From NCBI GenBank assembly GCA_037443035.1, contig JBBIPC010000004.1:121602-185601 (forward strand): a stretch of DNA of 64,000 nucleotides, in the 5' to 3' direction. Shown piece by piece: positions 37,639 to 48,146 of the stretch. The notes beneath the pieces were generated by a model. It did not search any database and was not told where the DNA came from. It saw only the letters and a program-made list of their open reading frames with translations. The translations under genes and the position numbers were made by a program. This stretch comes from Chthonomonadales bacterium (GTDB taxonomy: Bacteria > Armatimonadota > Chthonomonadetes > Chthonomonadales > CAJBBX01). Each line of letters begins with the position of its first letter. Position 1 is the first letter of the stretch.

Positions 37639-39510
37639 GGGATGACCCCATGCCCAGGCCAACAGCATGAGAGGCAAGAGATGCATGAGAAGCCTCCCCA
37701 GGCTCGTGCCCAAATGCCATTCTATCGGATGGGGAGTGAACACATAGACCAGGGTGTAGGCAACGGCCTGGAGCAGCACGACGCTTCGGACGAGGAGCCT
37801 CGCCTTTCTGTTGCCAAACGGAGCCACCAGACCGATGATGGCCAGAAGCCATAGGAGGCCGAACGAGGGCGGTCTTGGAGTTACGGCGGTCACCTGTCTC
37901 ACGATCGCACTACCGATCGGCCAGAGTCGTTCGACGGACCCCGGAGGAGGTCCACCTCTGCGCCAGGGAGGAAGTACCTCTACGACTGCGTAGCGACCTG
38001 AAGCTAGGTCACTACTCACCGCAAGTGTCCGCCTCAGGAGATACCAGGGCGCGACCAGGACGGCCAGCAGGATGCCTGCCATGACCCAGTGCCGACTAGG
38101 TAGCCACAGCCGGTGCCATATCAGTCTCAAGAGCCAGAGTGCAAGCCAGAGCAGTATCACAATCCCCGCCAGCACCGCACCCTCGTTCTTGCACTGCGCC
38201 GCACCCGCCAGGAACGCCGCCGATGCGTAAGTCGCTCGTGACGAGAGCCGACCCATGGCACGCAGACCAAGCGTGCCTACACCTGCGGTTGCAAGTAGCG
38301 CCAGGGGCAGATCCGCGTACCCCGATACGGCGTGGTACACGAAAAGGGGCTGGGAGGCGATCAGGCCTGCAGTCAGCAGCCCCATGGTCCGCCCGGAGTA
38401 GAGCTTGGCTAGCCCGTAGACCATTGCTATGAGGTCGCCGTAGAATAGCAGGCCGCCAAATTGCGCCACTTTCTCGTTCGGATGGCCCCAGTGAACGTAA
38501 AGCCACCAAGAGTGAAGCGGTACCAGAAGCGGGTAGTCGGGATGAGAGACAGCAAAGGCTGGATCTGTCAAGATCCGCGCTGACCCGTCATGGAAGAAGG
38601 CACGCGCCTTCATCTGCCAGATCACCCACCCATCCCACGCGATCCCACGAGCGCCCCATAGCATGATCGCGCTGACACAGCCCAGCACGAGGAGGAGTAT
38701 CGCCGTCCAATCCAGCAGACCTATCGGCCTCGTCGGGGCGACGTCAGCGTGAATGGCGCGCGTGCCAGCCTTGCTCGTATATTTCCATAGAACGCCGAGC
38801 GCCGATATGGCGGCCACGATATAGACAGCACCACCGTCCAGACGGCCGGAGACGCACCATCCAGCCTGGACGGCGACGGCCAGGAAGCTCACTCCCAGCA
38901 CGTGGGCCGTTGCCAGACGCATGGGCCATGGCGTGGAGCCTAGGCCGGTCAATCCCGCAAACGCCCACCCTGTCACTATCAGCGCGGCCAGCCCGACGAC
39001 TAACTGCCCTACCTCCACAGGCCAGGGTGCGTCTGCCCTATCGGCTTTCGGCTGCAGTGCCTGAGCCTGGCCGATGCTGACCGTCACGTTCTCGTAGCCG
39101 AACTGCTGCCACCCTACACGTTCCCTGGCAGGACGCCCATATACCACGACTGCCGCAACGTCCTCCGGAAGCCGCTCTGGTTCTCGAGACTCGACACGAA
39201 GCGCGAGTGGATAGGTCAGGTAGCGCAGGCGCCATTCGAAGGCCCGGGCACCCAGTCGCTTCTCGGGATCGTCCAGCCCATGCAAGACCAGCAGGGCTTG
39301 GCGGCCAGCTGTAATTGACCGTCGGAGTTGCGTTGCTGCCCACTCGGGAGCTGGAACCTGCCTGGCCTTACGAGGTGACGCAGCCACCCACACAAGCTGG
39401 CCCCATCGTGCGCCGGCATTCACCAATGCCACGGCAACCGCCAGCGTCAGAAGAGCTTTTCGCCACAAGTAGTTCAGGCCAGTCGCCGGTCGGCACCGGT
39501 TCTCCGTCAC
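37594..39510 (-). CDS. Polytopic GT-C (GT39/ArnT-like) glycosyltransferase-type membrane protein
   Basis: Many TM helices; WDGWVIW..KA..F, HPDYPLL.P, GYAD.PLA, KNEG. Confidence 0.65.
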   Translation of the reverse strand: MTENRCRPATGLNYLWRKALLTLAVAVALVNAGARWGQLVWVAASPRKARQVPAPEWAATQLRRSITAGRQALLVLHGLDDPEKRLGARAFEWRLRYLTYPLALRVESREPERLPEDVAAVVVYGRPARERVGWQQFGYENVTVSIGQAQALQPKADRADAPWPVEVGQLVVGLAALIVTGWAFAGLTGLGSTPWPMRLATAHVLGVSFLAVAVQAGWCVSGRLDGGAVYIVAAISALGVLWKYTSKAGTRAIHADVAPTRPIGLLDWTAILLLVLGCVSAIMLWGARGIAWDGWVIWQMKARAFFHDGSARILTDPAFAVSHPDYPLLVPLHSWWLYVHWGHPNEKVAQFGGLLFYGDLIAMVYGLAKLYSGRTMGLLTAGLIASQPLFVYHAVSGYADLPLALLATAGVGTLGLRAMGRLSSRATYASAAFLAGAAQCKNEGAVLAGIVILLWLALWLLRLIWHRLWLPSRHWVMAGILLAVLVAPWYLLRRTLAVSSDLASGRYAVVEVLPPWRRGGPPPGSVERLWPIGSAIVRQVTAVTPRPPSFGLLWLLAIIGLVAPFGNRKARLLVRSVVLLQAVAYTLVYVFTPHPIEWHLGTSLGRLLMHLLPLMLLAWAWGHPSETRGVVYENALQT

Positions 39511-39560
39511 CGCAACGACCTCAGGTTGCCTAAGCGGTCACGCGCGAGATGGAGCCGGGG

Positions 39561-40880
39561 CTACAGCACGTAGTCGCTGGCTGGAATCTCGATCCGTGTT
39601 CTCTTGGTCATGGCCTCGTTGGCGCGGACCGCAGCCACGCAGGCGCGCAGCCCATCCCGCCAATCACAGGAAACAGGAGCACCCGTGCGCACGCTGGCGA
39701 AGAAGTCCTCCATCTCCAAGAGGTAGTCATCCTTGCCCTCCACGGAGCCTCGAATCTCCTTCTGCCCGACCCTGGCACCAGTCGTACCCAGCTTCTTCGT
39801 CGCCTCTGGATCCAGCTTCAGCCCCTGCTGGCCGCGTGGCCCACTCTGCTTGTTGGCCGGGTCTTTCATCCACTCCTCTGGCGCAGCCGTCGGCTCACGA
39901 TAGTACTGCCCCCCCGTCTGCTGGGACACAATGAGCGTTCCGTCTTTGCCCATGAACTGCTCGTAGAAACCGTCGAACTGGTTCGTCGTCAGGGACGTGT
40001 AGTTGAGCTTCACACCACTGGGGTACTGAAAGATCACCTCCACATTGTCGAAAACCGTCCGACCATCCTTCCAGTAGTCAATGCCCCCGATTCCCACTAC
40101 GGCCGACGGCGCCTCGCCCAAGTACCAGTTCGCCACGTGGATCTGGTGCGTTCCCAGCTCGGCCATGAGTCCCTGGGACAGGTCCTTGTACAGCCGCCAG
40201 TTCCAGTGTCGGTCCGTAGTGTCCTTGGGTACTGGGCGACGCCACGAACCGTTCCGGTTCCACTGGGCGCGGACGTGCGTCACTTTCCCGCACACTTTGG
40301 CCTTGTTGATAAGCTCCCACCCATGGTTGTAGATGATATTGGAACGTCGTTGGTGACCTATCTGCAGCACCTTTTTCGCGGCGATCGCTGCTCTGGCCAT
40401 GCGCTTGGCATCTTCGATGCTGTAAGCCATCATCTTCTCGCAGAAGACGTGCTTCCCGGCCTGGAGAGCCGCGATGGCGACAGGCGCGTGGACGGTGAGA
40501 GGCGTGGCGATGAGCACCGCCTCCACATCCTTGCGGTCCATGATCCTGCGGTAATCCTTGTAGCCGGTAGCACCAGGCACGAGATCGAGTGCACGCTTGA
40601 GGTTCGGTTCGTAAATGTCGCACAAGGCCACGAACTGAACTCCGGGTACGCTCAGGGCGCGCTTGAGATCGTGTGTGCCCTGCGAACCAACGCCCACGAA
40701 GGCGCACTTCACGGGTCGTGCATCCGCCGCAGCCTGTTCCCGGCGCTGCTGCGCTTCCGCAGCCATTTCTAACTCCACGCCGAACGCTGCCGCGATTGCG
40801 GCCGATCCCATCAGCACCTCGCGCCGTGTAGTACCTGACGTCGCTAGAAAGACCTGTTCCACAGGACTCGTGTCGAGCAT
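39561..40880 (-). CDS. Gfo/Idh/MocA oxidoreductase with a Tat-like signal
   Basis: ATG 40880 after GGAAGGAGG; TTRREVL twin-arginine motif; VGVGSQG, FCEK, QIGHQRR, NWR.Y...S.G.M.ELG.H. Confidence 0.88.
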   Translation of the reverse strand: MLDTSPVEQVFLATSGTTRREVLMGSAAIAAAFGVELEMAAEAQQRREQAAADARPVKCAFVGVGSQGTHDLKRALSVPGVQFVALCDIYEPNLKRALDLVPGATGYKDYRRIMDRKDVEAVLIATPLTVHAPVAIAALQAGKHVFCEKMMAYSIEDAKRMARAAIAAKKVLQIGHQRRSNIIYNHGWELINKAKVCGKVTHVRAQWNRNGSWRRPVPKDTTDRHWNWRLYKDLSQGLMAELGTHQIHVANWYLGEAPSAVVGIGGIDYWKDGRTVFDNVEVIFQYPSGVKLNYTSLTTNQFDGFYEQFMGKDGTLIVSQQTGGQYYREPTAAPEEWMKDPANKQSGPRGQQGLKLDPEATKKLGTTGARVGQKEIRGSVEGKDDYLLEMEDFFASVRTGAPVSCDWRDGLRACVAAVRANEAMTKRTRIEIPASDYVL

Positions 40881-41068
40881 TCGATCATCCTCCTTCCGTG
40901 GACTGGCATGCACTCGGGCCTCGAACCACCCATTCTTTGGCGGCACCCCAGCCCATCCAATAGTGCTACACGTATTCTCCCCCAGACAATGCTCTCCTGC
41001 TCCGGAACCCATGAGGCCGCTACACCGTACGAACTGCACATACATTCTGTCGCAGGAGGTAACGCATC

Positions 41069-41695
41069 GTGAATCGCGTCTATGTCGTATTCTACAGCAC
41101 GTATGGTCATGTGTATCGTCTAGCTGAGGCAGTAGCTGAGGGCGCAAGAGAAGTCGCCGGTACAGAGGTCTCTGTCTACCGCGTGCCTGAGACGATACCG
41201 GAGGAGACCCTTGCCAGGATCGGTGCTCTGGAGGCACAGCGCGCCTTTGCCCATGTGCCAGTGATCGAGCCAGACCAGCTTGCCGAAGCCGATGCCATCC
41301 TGTTCGGAACTCCGACAAGGTTCGGCAACATGGCAGGACAGATGCGCACGTTTCTCGATCGCACTGGCGGCCTGTGGCAGCGAGGCGCCCTCGTCGGCAA
41401 GGTTGGCAGCGTATTCGCCAGCACTGCAACGCAACATGGCGGCCAGGAGACCACTCTGACGAGCTTCCATGTAACACTGTTCCACCATGGCATGGTTGTG
41501 GTTGGCGTGCCATACTCCGAGCAGCACCTGCTAGATATGGGCGAGATCACCGGGGGTACGCCTTACGGCGCCACGACCTTGACCGGCCCAGACGGCTCAC
41601 GGATGCCAACGTCCAACGAGCTGGCTATCGCGCGGTTCCAGGGACGGCATGTCGCTGAGATCTCGGCGTGGCTGAAGAGAGGCAGAATGGCCTGA
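41069..41695 (+). CDS. wrbA: NAD(P)H:quinone oxidoreductase, type IV flavodoxin-like
   Basis: [42 protein letters not shown]. Confidence 0.95.
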   Translation: MNRVYVVFYSTYGHVYRLAEAVAEGAREVAGTEVSVYRVPETIPEETLARIGALEAQRAFAHVPVIEPDQLAEADAILFGTPTRFGNMAGQMRTFLDRTGGLWQRGALVGKVGSVFASTATQHGGQETTLTSFHVTLFHHGMVVVGVPYSEQHLLDMGEITGGTPYGATTLTGPDGSRMPTSNELAIARFQGRHVAEISAWLKRGRMA

Positions 41696-41929
41696 GCGCA
41701 TTGTCCTCGCGACTGCCGCCACGGCAAGGTTTTTCGTCTGTGGGAGCATTGGGCGCCTGGGTGCGACCTGGTGGTCAGGCGCAGGAAATCCCGAGCGCCT
41801 CAGTGAACATAGGTGCCAGTCCGGATGGTGTTGCCGAACGCCCGGCTGGGCGTCTATAAGGACAAATGGAACGTGCATGTCGTTGCGAATCGAGCTCCGA
41901 TGTCATGTAACTTTGGCGCAGCAACTACC

Positions 41930-42574
41930 ATGGGCCGGCCAATGTCCATGAGACGATCGGCCGCGTCAGTGTCACAGCCAACGTCAGAGGCGGCTGCGCG
42001 GTCGCCGTCGGACGAGGATCTGCTGCGTCGTTGTGCAGACGGCGACGTTTCGGGTCTCGAGGAACTGACTCGGCGCTATCAGTCGCAACTCTTCGCTTTT
42101 TTGTACCGGCTCACGGGGTCCTACGAGGACGCGGAAGAGGCCACTCTCGAGGTCTTCTTGCGAGCATGGCGGACCGCGAAAGGTTTTCAGTATCGAGCGA
42201 GGGTGGCCACGTGGTTGTACCGAATAGCGCTGAACATTGCGCGCGATCTGCACAGCCGCAAGAAGGCACGCCCTCAGGACCCCTGGCCGGAAGATGAGGA
42301 GGTGGCGGCGGAACTGGCCGTAGGCAGCGCCGAGGAGGAGGCCATCGCGGGGTTACATAGTGCCGACCTCGCTCGTGAGGTTCGTGCAGCTATGGACAAA
42401 CTCTCGCCTTCGGATCGGGAACTACTCACTCTCTATTATCTTCAAGATAGCGACTATGATGAGATACGGGAGATCACGGGGCTCTCGTACACCGTCCTCA
42501 AGACGCGCCTTGCCCGTGCAAGGCAGAGGCTGCGCCGCCTCCTAGAAAGGGCGCAGGTGGTCACTGAGCCATGA
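41930..42574 (+). CDS. ECF RNA polymerase sigma factor
   Basis: SDEDLL...GD, DAEE...EVF, TWLYRIALN, region 4 HTH with LKTRL.RAR. Start uncertain (41930, 41942 or 41948). Confidence 0.9.
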   Translation: MGRPMSMRRSAASVSQPTSEAAARSPSDEDLLRRCADGDVSGLEELTRRYQSQLFAFLYRLTGSYEDAEEATLEVFLRAWRTAKGFQYRARVATWLYRIALNIARDLHSRKKARPQDPWPEDEEVAAELAVGSAEEEAIAGLHSADLAREVRAAMDKLSPSDRELLTLYYLQDSDYDEIREITGLSYTVLKTRLARARQRLRRLLERAQVVTEP

Positions 42575-43044
42575 GGTGCTGGGATTTCGAGATCGACGTT
42601 GCCGATTATGTACGAAAGCGTCTGCCTGAAGACCGCAGGGCAGCCATGAACGCGCATCTGGAACACTGCCCGAGATGCAGGCGCGTTGTAGCTCTGGAGG
42701 AGACGCTGCAGACTGGTGCTGCCCGACTGGCGGCTCCACAGCTTCGGCGAGATCTGTGGCCGGAACTCGCTACGCGTATCCAGACAGGGCCGGGTCCGGC
42801 ACGTCATCGCAGCTCATGGCTTCTCCTGCGCTGGGCAACGGCGGGTGTCGTCACAGCGGTCATGGGTGCCATGGCATTTCGACTTGCCGTCAAACCCGAC
42901 CAGCAGGCGATGGCAAGGCCCGAAGATGAGGTCCGCGTCGTGCGCATGATGACCACCGTGGAGCCCATCCAGTATGTGGATGCCGACGTCCTGACCCGAC
43001 AAGAAGCCCAAAGGATTCTCCTGATCGGCGCATCGGAGCCATGA
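42571..43044 (+). CDS. zf-HC2 anti-sigma factor, single TM
   Basis: C...HLEHCPRC (HxxxCxxC) followed by a TM helix; ATGA overlap with the sigma gene. Confidence 0.85.
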   Translation: MRCWDFEIDVADYVRKRLPEDRRAAMNAHLEHCPRCRRVVALEETLQTGAARLAAPQLRRDLWPELATRIQTGPGPARHRSSWLLLRWATAGVVTAVMGAMAFRLAVKPDQQAMARPEDEVRVVRMMTTVEPIQYVDADVLTRQEAQRILLIGASEP

Positions 43045-43565
43045 GCATGTCCAGGTTCACCGCTCTATCCTTGGCGGCTGTTGGCCTAGCGGTGCTCGCC
43101 TGCGGGACCATCCTGGCTCAGCAGGGTGAGCCAGGCGGCCGACACGCGGGGCCGCGAGCTGGACGCGCTGGTCCCCCTGGTCCATCGGAGGCAGACAAGG
43201 AAAAGGCCCGTATCCGCATCGGCATTACGAAAGAGCAGCAACGGCAACTCGAAGCCATCCTGGAGGATACCGGCAGGAAAAGCAGAGCGGTCTTCGAGCA
43301 GATCCGCGAGAAGCACAGGCAGCTCCACGATCTGTATGATTCGTACGAGATAGATCGTCAGCGCGAGAAGACACTCATGCGGGAGATCACGCGGCTTCGC
43401 ATTAGCCTCCTCCAGATCCAATCGGAACATGAGACGAAGGTGCGGCAGGTACTTACCAAGGAACAGCACGAACGCCTGCGCGCATTGATGAAGGAGGCCA
43501 TGGAGGAAGCGCGCAAGCGCTGGGGCAACCGACCTCCCCCGCCGCCCGGTCGAGATATGCCTTGA
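43041..43565 (+). CDS. Spy/CpxP-family periplasmic chaperone-like protein
   Basis: Signal peptide; ITKEQ and LTKEQ (LTxxQ) motifs flanking a coiled coil. Confidence 0.8.
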   Translation: MSMSRFTALSLAAVGLAVLACGTILAQQGEPGGRHAGPRAGRAGPPGPSEADKEKARIRIGITKEQQRQLEAILEDTGRKSRAVFEQIREKHRQLHDLYDSYEIDRQREKTLMREITRLRISLLQIQSEHETKVRQVLTKEQHERLRALMKEAMEEARKRWGNRPPPPPGRDMP

Positions 43566-43681
43566 GGCGGCACCCCGCGACGCTGGTCCCGCATCCGGGC
43601 CACAGGCCTTCCTTTCGCCTCCAACGCCTCGAGCAGCGTCGGCGCAAGATCAAGCGTGAAGTGTGCTTGGTGCGGTAGCTC

Positions 43682-43924
43682 TCAGGCCGCTACGGCAACT
43701 TCCCAGACGATCTCCCGAATTCCCGGCCGTTGGCGCAGGATCTTGCGGATGATGTCGGCCTCTTTCTCCAGGTCCACGTTTGGATGGGACCGTAGCTTCC
43801 GCATGATCCCGCGCATGTAGACTACTCCGTGGATGACTCGGACGTCCATCATGGACCAGTCCACACAACGTCGGTTCAGCTCTCGCATCACCAGGCGCGT
43901 GGTCTCGGCGTCACCAACCCCCAT
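43682..43924 (-). CDS. Small BON-domain-like protein (80 aa)
   Basis: ATG 43924 after GGAGG; D....R.....L....VD....DV.V..GVVY.RG ... PGIREIV, a BON-like pattern. Confidence 0.6.
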   Translation of the reverse strand: MGVGDAETTRLVMRELNRRCVDWSMMDVRVIHGVVYMRGIMRKLRSHPNVDLEKEADIIRKILRQRPGIREIVWEVAVAA

Positions 43925-44055
43925 AATTGCAGCCTCCGATCGGAAGCACATGCCCTTTCCGGATCCGCTCCGGACCGGGCGCGAAAGGTCAGAGAACTTG
44001 CCGTATCACTCGTGCGATCGCCAGCGTTGTTCACTGGCTGCCTGTACCCTTTGTT

Positions 44056-44086
44056 TATATGACGACGGACACTGAGAAAAGTTTCG
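44056..44086 (-). promoter_or_regulatory. ECF sigma promoter (SigW/SigM-type) for the BON-like gene
   Basis: Minus strand GAAAC-ttttctcagtgtccgt (16 nt)-CGTC-ATATA. Confidence 0.65.
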
Positions 44087-44218
44087 CATGGCCCCGCGGG
44101 ATCCCATTCCCGAACCCGTGGACGCGCTGTAATGGCGCCTGCTGGATCAGTCTCGCAACCTTTCGCTGATCTCCTTACGTCTGGTACAGTTAGATGGAAC
44201 AGTGACTGGGAGGTGTGC

Positions 44219-45280
44219 ATGCACCGCATCGGTACGTCATGGTTGCTGACTTGCTTACTGGTTTGCACACAGGCGTTCAGCTCGGCACAGGAGCCATCCC
44301 TGCAGGAGCTCTTCAGAGCCGAAATCGCGCTCGTTGCTCCGAAGCTGAGAATAAGACAAGCCGACCTAGATCCGGACGTGGCCTTGGCTCTTGCATCGTC
44401 GGGCACTACCTCGCGACCTTCGGTTGGCGGATACTCGTTGTTCGCAGGCGACACGAAACATCTTGTCTACAGCCCACTTCAGACGAGAATACGCGGCTAC
44501 AGAGCAGCCCTGCAGCTTGCTGACAAGCGCGCAGCGTTCAGCTTCGCACTGTCGCTAGTACTCGAACCGGACTCACCCGCTGAGACGATCTGGTCTACCG
44601 CATATGAGGTAGTCGCTGCCTACGGTGACGGTTTCGATCGCGTTCTGGTAGGGATACTCAGTGCGCCAACTTCGATGCCGTTGCTACCCAAACTCGCGTA
44701 TCCTGCGGCAGATGTGCTCGTCATGCGCGCCGACCCGAAGCACATACCGCTGTTTCTCGCGCTGGCCCAGAGTCGAGACGTCTACCTGCGAAGCCGCGGC
44801 ATCGCTGGCCTTGGCCTTGTCTCCTGCACAGAGTCGGCTGCGTTAGCGGGCCATATCGAGGGTCTCCTTGCACCGATCCGTACGTGCTCTGTCAGCGCTA
44901 CCCAACGGGCCATGTTCTCGGAGCTCTTCGAGAAGGCTGCCAAGGACAGGTCCTACCGAGTGCGCGGAGCCGCTGCGCTCGCGCTGGGCCTGGCCGGAGA
45001 CGACGAATCGAGGTCCCTCCTCGTTCGCCTGGCTAGGGACCCGGCTTATATCATCATGGAGGGTCAGAGCCGCGGTTCACGACGTGTCGTGTATCCAGTA
45101 CGAGCGACCGCCGAGACGGTGTTGGCCCGATTGGGGTATCCGGTCACCCGAAGCGGAGGTGAGTTCGCGGATCGGGATCTGCGCAAGGCCACGCGAGGGG
45201 GGCGCGACGTCACACGAGACACGCGGGGCACGGCGCGCGGCATGATCAGCCGCGTGCTCTTCAATCCATGGGGGTGGTAG
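44219..45280 (+). CDS. Secreted HEAT-repeat protein
   Basis: ATG 44219 after GGAGGT; signal peptide; D..LRSRGIAGLG and D.SYRVRGAAALALG repeats; upstream TGgTACAGT. Confidence 0.65.
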   Translation: MHRIGTSWLLTCLLVCTQAFSSAQEPSLQELFRAEIALVAPKLRIRQADLDPDVALALASSGTTSRPSVGGYSLFAGDTKHLVYSPLQTRIRGYRAALQLADKRAAFSFALSLVLEPDSPAETIWSTAYEVVAAYGDGFDRVLVGILSAPTSMPLLPKLAYPAADVLVMRADPKHIPLFLALAQSRDVYLRSRGIAGLGLVSCTESAALAGHIEGLLAPIRTCSVSATQRAMFSELFEKAAKDRSYRVRGAAALALGLAGDDESRSLLVRLARDPAYIIMEGQSRGSRRVVYPVRATAETVLARLGYPVTRSGGEFADRDLRKATRGGRDVTRDTRGTARGMISRVLFNPWGW

Positions 45281-45286
45281 CGAGAG

Positions 45287-46033
45287 CTAGGCGCACTCCT
45301 GACGGCTGACGATCTCTCGCACCGCCGCGAGGTCCTCTGGCGTGTCCACCGATAATGGTGCCGAGCCCACTTCGACCATGCGTATCCGTACACCATTCTC
45401 CAGGACACGCAGCTGCTCCAGCATCTCCGTTCGCTCCAGTGGTGTCGGCGGCATAGCGGCATACTGAAGCAGGAAGTCCTTTCGATAGGCGTACAGCCCG
45501 ATGTGCTGCATCACCGGTATCGCAGGCTCGGTCGCTCTTGGGTAGGGAACGCGACTGCGCGAGAAGTACAGTGCGTATCCGTTGCGGTCTGCCACCACCT
45601 TCACTGTCGCAGGATTGTCGAGCTGGTCCTCCGGGCACCTCGCCATCAAGGACGTCATCTGGAGGCTCGCATCGGCCAGCAAAGGTTCCACCGCTGCATC
45701 GATCGTTGCCGGATCGATGAGAGGTTCATCGCCCTGAATGTTCACCACAACGTCCACATCCAGGTCCCGCGCCGCCTCGGCCAAGCGGTCGGTGCCAGAC
45801 CGGTGCGTCTCCGCAGTCATGATCGCGACGCCGCCGAAACTCTCCACAACATCGTAGATCACGCGATCTGGCGTGGCGATGTAGACCGCATCCAGGAACC
45901 GAGCATGCATAGCTCGCTCCCAGACGCGCTGTATCATCGGCTTGCCACAGATGTCCACCAGTGGCTTGCCCGGAAGCCGGGTGGCTGCCATCCGAGCCGG
46001 TACCATGCCAACGACTCTGCATTGTCCCTTCAT
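45287..46033 (-). CDS. kdsB: CMP-KDO synthetase (3-deoxy-manno-octulosonate cytidylyltransferase)
   Basis: PARM..TRLPGKPL, SGTDR, NIQGDEP, YFSR, HIGLYAY, LEQLR, VDTPEDL. Confidence 0.95.
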   Translation of the reverse strand: MKGQCRVVGMVPARMAATRLPGKPLVDICGKPMIQRVWERAMHARFLDAVYIATPDRVIYDVVESFGGVAIMTAETHRSGTDRLAEAARDLDVDVVVNIQGDEPLIDPATIDAAVEPLLADASLQMTSLMARCPEDQLDNPATVKVVADRNGYALYFSRSRVPYPRATEPAIPVMQHIGLYAYRKDFLLQYAAMPPTPLERTEMLEQLRVLENGVRIRMVEVGSAPLSVDTPEDLAAVREIVSRQECA

Positions 46034-46073
46034 GCCGAGCATACTCCTATCTCTAGCCGGTTCAAGTCGACGC

Positions 46074-46979
46074 TCACGCAACAACTTCCGGCGAGGAACG
46101 CCAGCGATCGTGGAACCAGAGCCACTGTTCCGGATTCGCGCGAATAGTCTTCTCGAACAGACGGTTCATCTCAGTCGTCATGCGTCTTGTCTCTTCGCGC
46201 AGCGGCGCCGAACGCTCCGGCCATATGAGACCCTCGATGGACACGTGGTAGCGCAGGCCCGGTTCTCGGACGCACTTCCCGACCACGATGGGGGCTCCCG
46301 TATGAAGCGATAGGCGCGCGGGACCGTCCACCGTGCCAGTAGGTTTGCCGAAGAACGGCACGTAGATCTCGCCGGCGTTCTGGTCCGCCAACAAGGCCAC
46401 GCATTCACCACGTCGGAGCGCAGCAATCATCGGCTTCGCTGCCTGGTCCCGCCGCACGGTGACCATTCCATTGCGTTGCCTCAGAGCGTCCATGAGGCGC
46501 GTTGTCCGAGCATCCCGAGCCGGTCGCACCACGACCACGACAGGACTGCCGAGCATGCCGACTGCGCGCGCCGCTAACTCGAAATTGCCGAAGTGCGCAC
46601 TCACGAAGATGATCCCCTTGCCCATGGCGCGTAGCCGTTGCAGACACTCTATGGTATCTTGGTCCAAGTAAACGTGCCTGCTCGCCTCTGAATCGGCCAA
46701 GTTCGCGAACTTCATACACTCGAAGAGGAACATGCCGAACTGCCGAAAGCACTCGGCTGCGATGGCCGCCCGTCTCCGAGGGTCCAACTCGCCGTTGAAT
46801 GCGATCCGAAGGTTCTTGTCCGCAATCCTACGCCGATGACGCGAGAGGACTCGGATGAGATCACCCACACGCCTTCCGAACCAGATAAGGAAACCTAACG
46901 GCAGGAGAGGCACCACGACGAGACATCCCCGCAGAATAAGGTATCCCACGTACCGGCCTGCGCTCTTCAGCCACCTCAC
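46074..46979 (-). CDS. lpxL: Lipid A secondary acyltransferase (HtrB/LpxL family)
   Basis: AHFGNFE, ADQ, VPFFG, PEQW.W.H.RW. Confidence 0.88.
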   Translation of the reverse strand: MRWLKSAGRYVGYLILRGCLVVVPLLPLGFLIWFGRRVGDLIRVLSRHRRRIADKNLRIAFNGELDPRRRAAIAAECFRQFGMFLFECMKFANLADSEASRHVYLDQDTIECLQRLRAMGKGIIFVSAHFGNFELAARAVGMLGSPVVVVVRPARDARTTRLMDALRQRNGMVTVRRDQAAKPMIAALRRGECVALLADQNAGEIYVPFFGKPTGTVDGPARLSLHTGAPIVVGKCVREPGLRYHVSIEGLIWPERSAPLREETRRMTTEMNRLFEKTIRANPEQWLWFHDRWRSSPEVVA

Positions 46980-48097
46980 AGTTGCACTCTCTCAGCGTGA
47001 CGACGGACCTCTTCTTGGATTGTGGCCACGAGCTTGTCCAGATCGTCAACGACAAACTCAGCCTCCAATGTCCAAACGGGAATGCATGTTTGCAGTCCTG
47101 GCCACTTCACCGCATCCTTCGCGGTGATCACGAGCGCCGATGCCCCTTCCTGCGCCGCCTGGTCTGTGATGCAGAGCGCTTCCTCGGCCGTGGGAGGTCG
47201 GTGGTCTAGCAGACGAAAACGACGAACGAATCTCGCTCCCGTGCTTCGGACGGTGCATTCGAACGATGCGGGGTTGCCCAGCCCGCACAGAGTTGCGACG
47301 GGCATGTGCCGAAGCACCTCCAGCGGCAGGATACGCTTTTCTGCCACATCCACCAATCTCGAGGGGCGATAGCGCCCCTGAAGAAGCAGAGCACGTGGAA
47401 CGCGGCGTGCGATTTCGGCTGACCATCCTCCTCCCGCGGTACCCTCGCAGACGTTGAAGACCACAACGGATGCGCGTCTCAAGTGGCTCGGCGGCTCCCT
47501 CAACACTCCGGCCGGCAGGGTCCATCCGTTGCCGAACGGCCGGTCGCCTGCGAGGAGCACGACCTCTACGTCCCGTTCGAGCTGATAGTACTGCATGCCG
47601 TCGTCCAGAAGGATCACATCGGGAGCGAACCGCTCCACAGCGGCCAAGCCTGTCTCTCGCCTGTCCTTCCCAACCAGGACCGGCACGCCAGGCAGCTCCT
47701 GCGCCAGCAAGTATGGCTCGTCACCCGCCTCCGTCGGGCCTAGCAGCACTTCTTCACCCGTCGAGACTGCGGCCACAGCGCCTCTGTACGACCCGCGGAA
47801 ACCCCGGCTCAATATGCACACGCGCAATCCCACATCCCTCAGGCGCTTTGCCACGGTGATGGCCAGCCCGGTCTTCCCAGTGCCACCAGAAACGAGATTG
47901 CCAATGCTCACCACGCAGCACGGGAGCCTGTAACGATGCCGTATGCCCAGCTCATAGAGGCTCAGATACGCGCGGAGTCCTGCGGCGTACAGAATAGCCA
48001 AAGGCGCCAGACATGTCACGACGAGTCGAGCCGCCATGTCCCGACGCTCGCCCAGAAGCACGGGTAGAAGCCAATGCAGGATCCGCGGGCCGAGCAC
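46976..48097 (-). CDS. lpxK: Tetraacyldisaccharide 4'-kinase
   Basis: SIGNL.SGGTGKT, SRGF, GDEP, LDDGMQ, LPAG.LREP, TAKDAVK. GTG 48097 follows GGAGG. Confidence 0.93.
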   Translation of the reverse strand: MLGPRILHWLLPVLLGERRDMAARLVVTCLAPLAILYAAGLRAYLSLYELGIRHRYRLPCCVVSIGNLVSGGTGKTGLAITVAKRLRDVGLRVCILSRGFRGSYRGAVAAVSTGEEVLLGPTEAGDEPYLLAQELPGVPVLVGKDRRETGLAAVERFAPDVILLDDGMQYYQLERDVEVVLLAGDRPFGNGWTLPAGVLREPPSHLRRASVVVFNVCEGTAGGGWSAEIARRVPRALLLQGRYRPSRLVDVAEKRILPLEVLRHMPVATLCGLGNPASFECTVRSTGARFVRRFRLLDHRPPTAEEALCITDQAAQEGASALVITAKDAVKWPGLQTCIPVWTLEAEFVVDDLDKLVATIQEEVRRHAERVQL

Positions 48098-48146
48098 AGT
48101 CGAGCCCTCCAGATTGCTGCGGCGCGCTCGGCACAACATGCGACGC

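Noticed and set aside
39561..41513. 650-aa version of the Gfo/Idh/MocA ORF, and similar long N-terminal extensions (2440, 3372, 15705, 19612, 36760, 48241)
   Set aside because: The extensions overlap neighbouring genes or promoters; downstream starts have good RBSs and match the expected family N-termini.
41696..41929. Autoregulatory ECF promoter or small RNA upstream of the first ECF sigma gene
   Set aside because: Candidate elements (TGTAAC, GGAAC, CGTCTA) do not pair at a suitable spacing, and the hairpins are weak.
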